From Actinomycetota bacterium (lineage in GTDB: Bacteria; Actinomycetota; Thermoleophilia; Gaiellales; Gaiellaceae): a stretch of DNA of 64,000 nt. Under the pieces are notes generated by a model. It had not been told where the DNA came from. It saw nothing but the letters and a program-made list of their open reading frames with translations, and did not search any database. A program made the translations under genes and the position numbers. The first letter of the stretch is position 1. Each line of letters begins with the position of its first letter. The stretch covers positions 79-64,078 of the forward strand of contig OMIZ01000160.1 in NCBI GenBank assembly GCA_900299235.1, written 5' to 3'. Of this stretch, positions 63,432-64,000 are shown in pieces.

Positions 63432-64000
63432 ATGCTCGACGGCAAGACGATCGCCGTCGTTGTTCCGGCGCACGACGAAGAGCTTCTGATCGGCGCGACA
63501 CTCGCCGGGATCCCAGCGTTTGTTGACCGCATCATCGTGGTCGATGACGCCTCAAACGACGCGACCGCCGAGAAGGCGTCAGCCTCCGGCGATCTGCGTG
63601 TCGAGGTTGTTCGTCACGCAGAGAACGGTGGTGTTGGTGCTGCGATCGTGACCGGCTATAAGCGGGCGCTCGCCGAGCGGATCGACGTTGCCGTCGTGAT
63701 GGCAGGCGACAACCAGATGGACCCCGCTGAGCTTGAATCGATCGCGGGACCGGTCGCTCGTGGTGAGGTCGACTACGCGAAGGCGAACCGCCTCTTCTAT
63801 GGCAACGCGCGGGAGGTCATCCCTCGACATCGCTTTGTCGGCAACGCGGTGCTCTCGCTGCTCACAAAGATCGCATCGGGGTACTGGCATGTGGCCGACT
63901 CGCAGGCGGGTTATACGGCGATTTCGCTTGGGATGCTTGAGCTGCTCGATCTCGACCGCGTTTATACGCGCTACGGCTTCCCAAATGATCTGCTTGTGCA
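63432..64000 (+). CDS. Glycosyltransferase, GT2 family, 3'-partial (runs off right window edge)
   Basis: ATG 63432 gives MLDGKTIAVVVPAHDEELLIGATLAGIPAFVDRIIVVDDASNDAT. MAGDNQMDP follows. The frame has no stop up to pos. 64000, so this ORF is absent from the supplied ORF track. Confidence 0.8.
   Translation, partial: MLDGKTIAVVVPAHDEELLIGATLAGIPAFVDRIIVVDDASNDATAEKASASGDLRVEVVRHAENGGVGAAIVTGYKRALAERIDVAVVMAGDNQMDPAELESIAGPVARGEVDYAKANRLFYGNAREVIPRHRFVGNAVLSLLTKIASGYWHVADSQAGYTAISLGMLELLDLDRVYTRYGFPNDLLV

Noticed and set aside
1-64000. Search for CRISPR arrays, tRNA/rRNA genes, transposases/integrases, prophage or toxin-antitoxin/defence modules, and long exact DNA repeats
   Set aside because: I found none by eye. 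The non-coding gaps are all 142 nt or shorter, with no spaced direct repeats, no cloverleaf-like segments and no recombinase motifs (DDE or tyrosine/serine recombinase). Paralogous genes are similar at the protein level, not as exact DNA repeats. A computational repeat or tRNA scan would be needed to be certain.

Overview
High-GC bacterial chromosome segment; hand-counted 100-nt samples range from about 55 to 70 % G+C. It is almost entirely coding, and I call 59 CDS. I saw no rRNA, tRNA, CRISPR array, transposase, integrase or phage genes, and no convincing terminator hairpins. The whole 64 kb is one cell-envelope glycan-assembly super-locus that runs off both window edges. By my own calls it holds about 33 transferases. 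These are 17 GT4/GT-B-type genes (one a GT4-GT4 tandem fusion), 8 GT2, 1 GT61/DUF563-like, 1 orphan GT-A-like, 1 Cst-II/GT42-like, 1 small PglC-type phosphoglycosyl transferase and 4 polytopic GT-C-like membrane proteins. It also holds six SDR-type sugar-nucleotide epimerase/dehydratases (one a clear Gmd), two AsnB-type amidotransferases, a NodU/CmcH carbamoyltransferase, two intact SAM methyltransferases, an ATP-grasp ligase and an SGNH-like esterase. Parts of three different export/polymerisation logics are present: Wzx flippase with two Wzy/O-antigen-ligase-like proteins and a Wzz-like co-polymerase; a Wzm/Wzt ABC exporter whose ATPase has a C-terminal extension; and a membrane-embedded synthase-like GT2. 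The most unusual piece is a translationally coupled module at 35.7-40.0 kb. It comprises a NeuB-family nonulosonic-acid synthase, an SpsF/NeuA-type cytidylyltransferase, an uncharacterised 390-aa protein, a methyltransferase-like protein lacking the SAM motif I, and a protein whose motifs match Campylobacter Cst-II-type (GT42) sialyltransferases. No amino-sugar precursor genes are visible in the window. Genes sit in about 15 alternating-strand blocks with pervasive 4-nt start/stop overlaps, and four convergent gene pairs share a single CTAG as both stop codons. Taxonomy cannot be fixed from sequence alone; composition and protein style suggest a high-GC Gram-positive (Actinomycetota-like) lineage. 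All family assignments come from motifs read by eye, with no database search.
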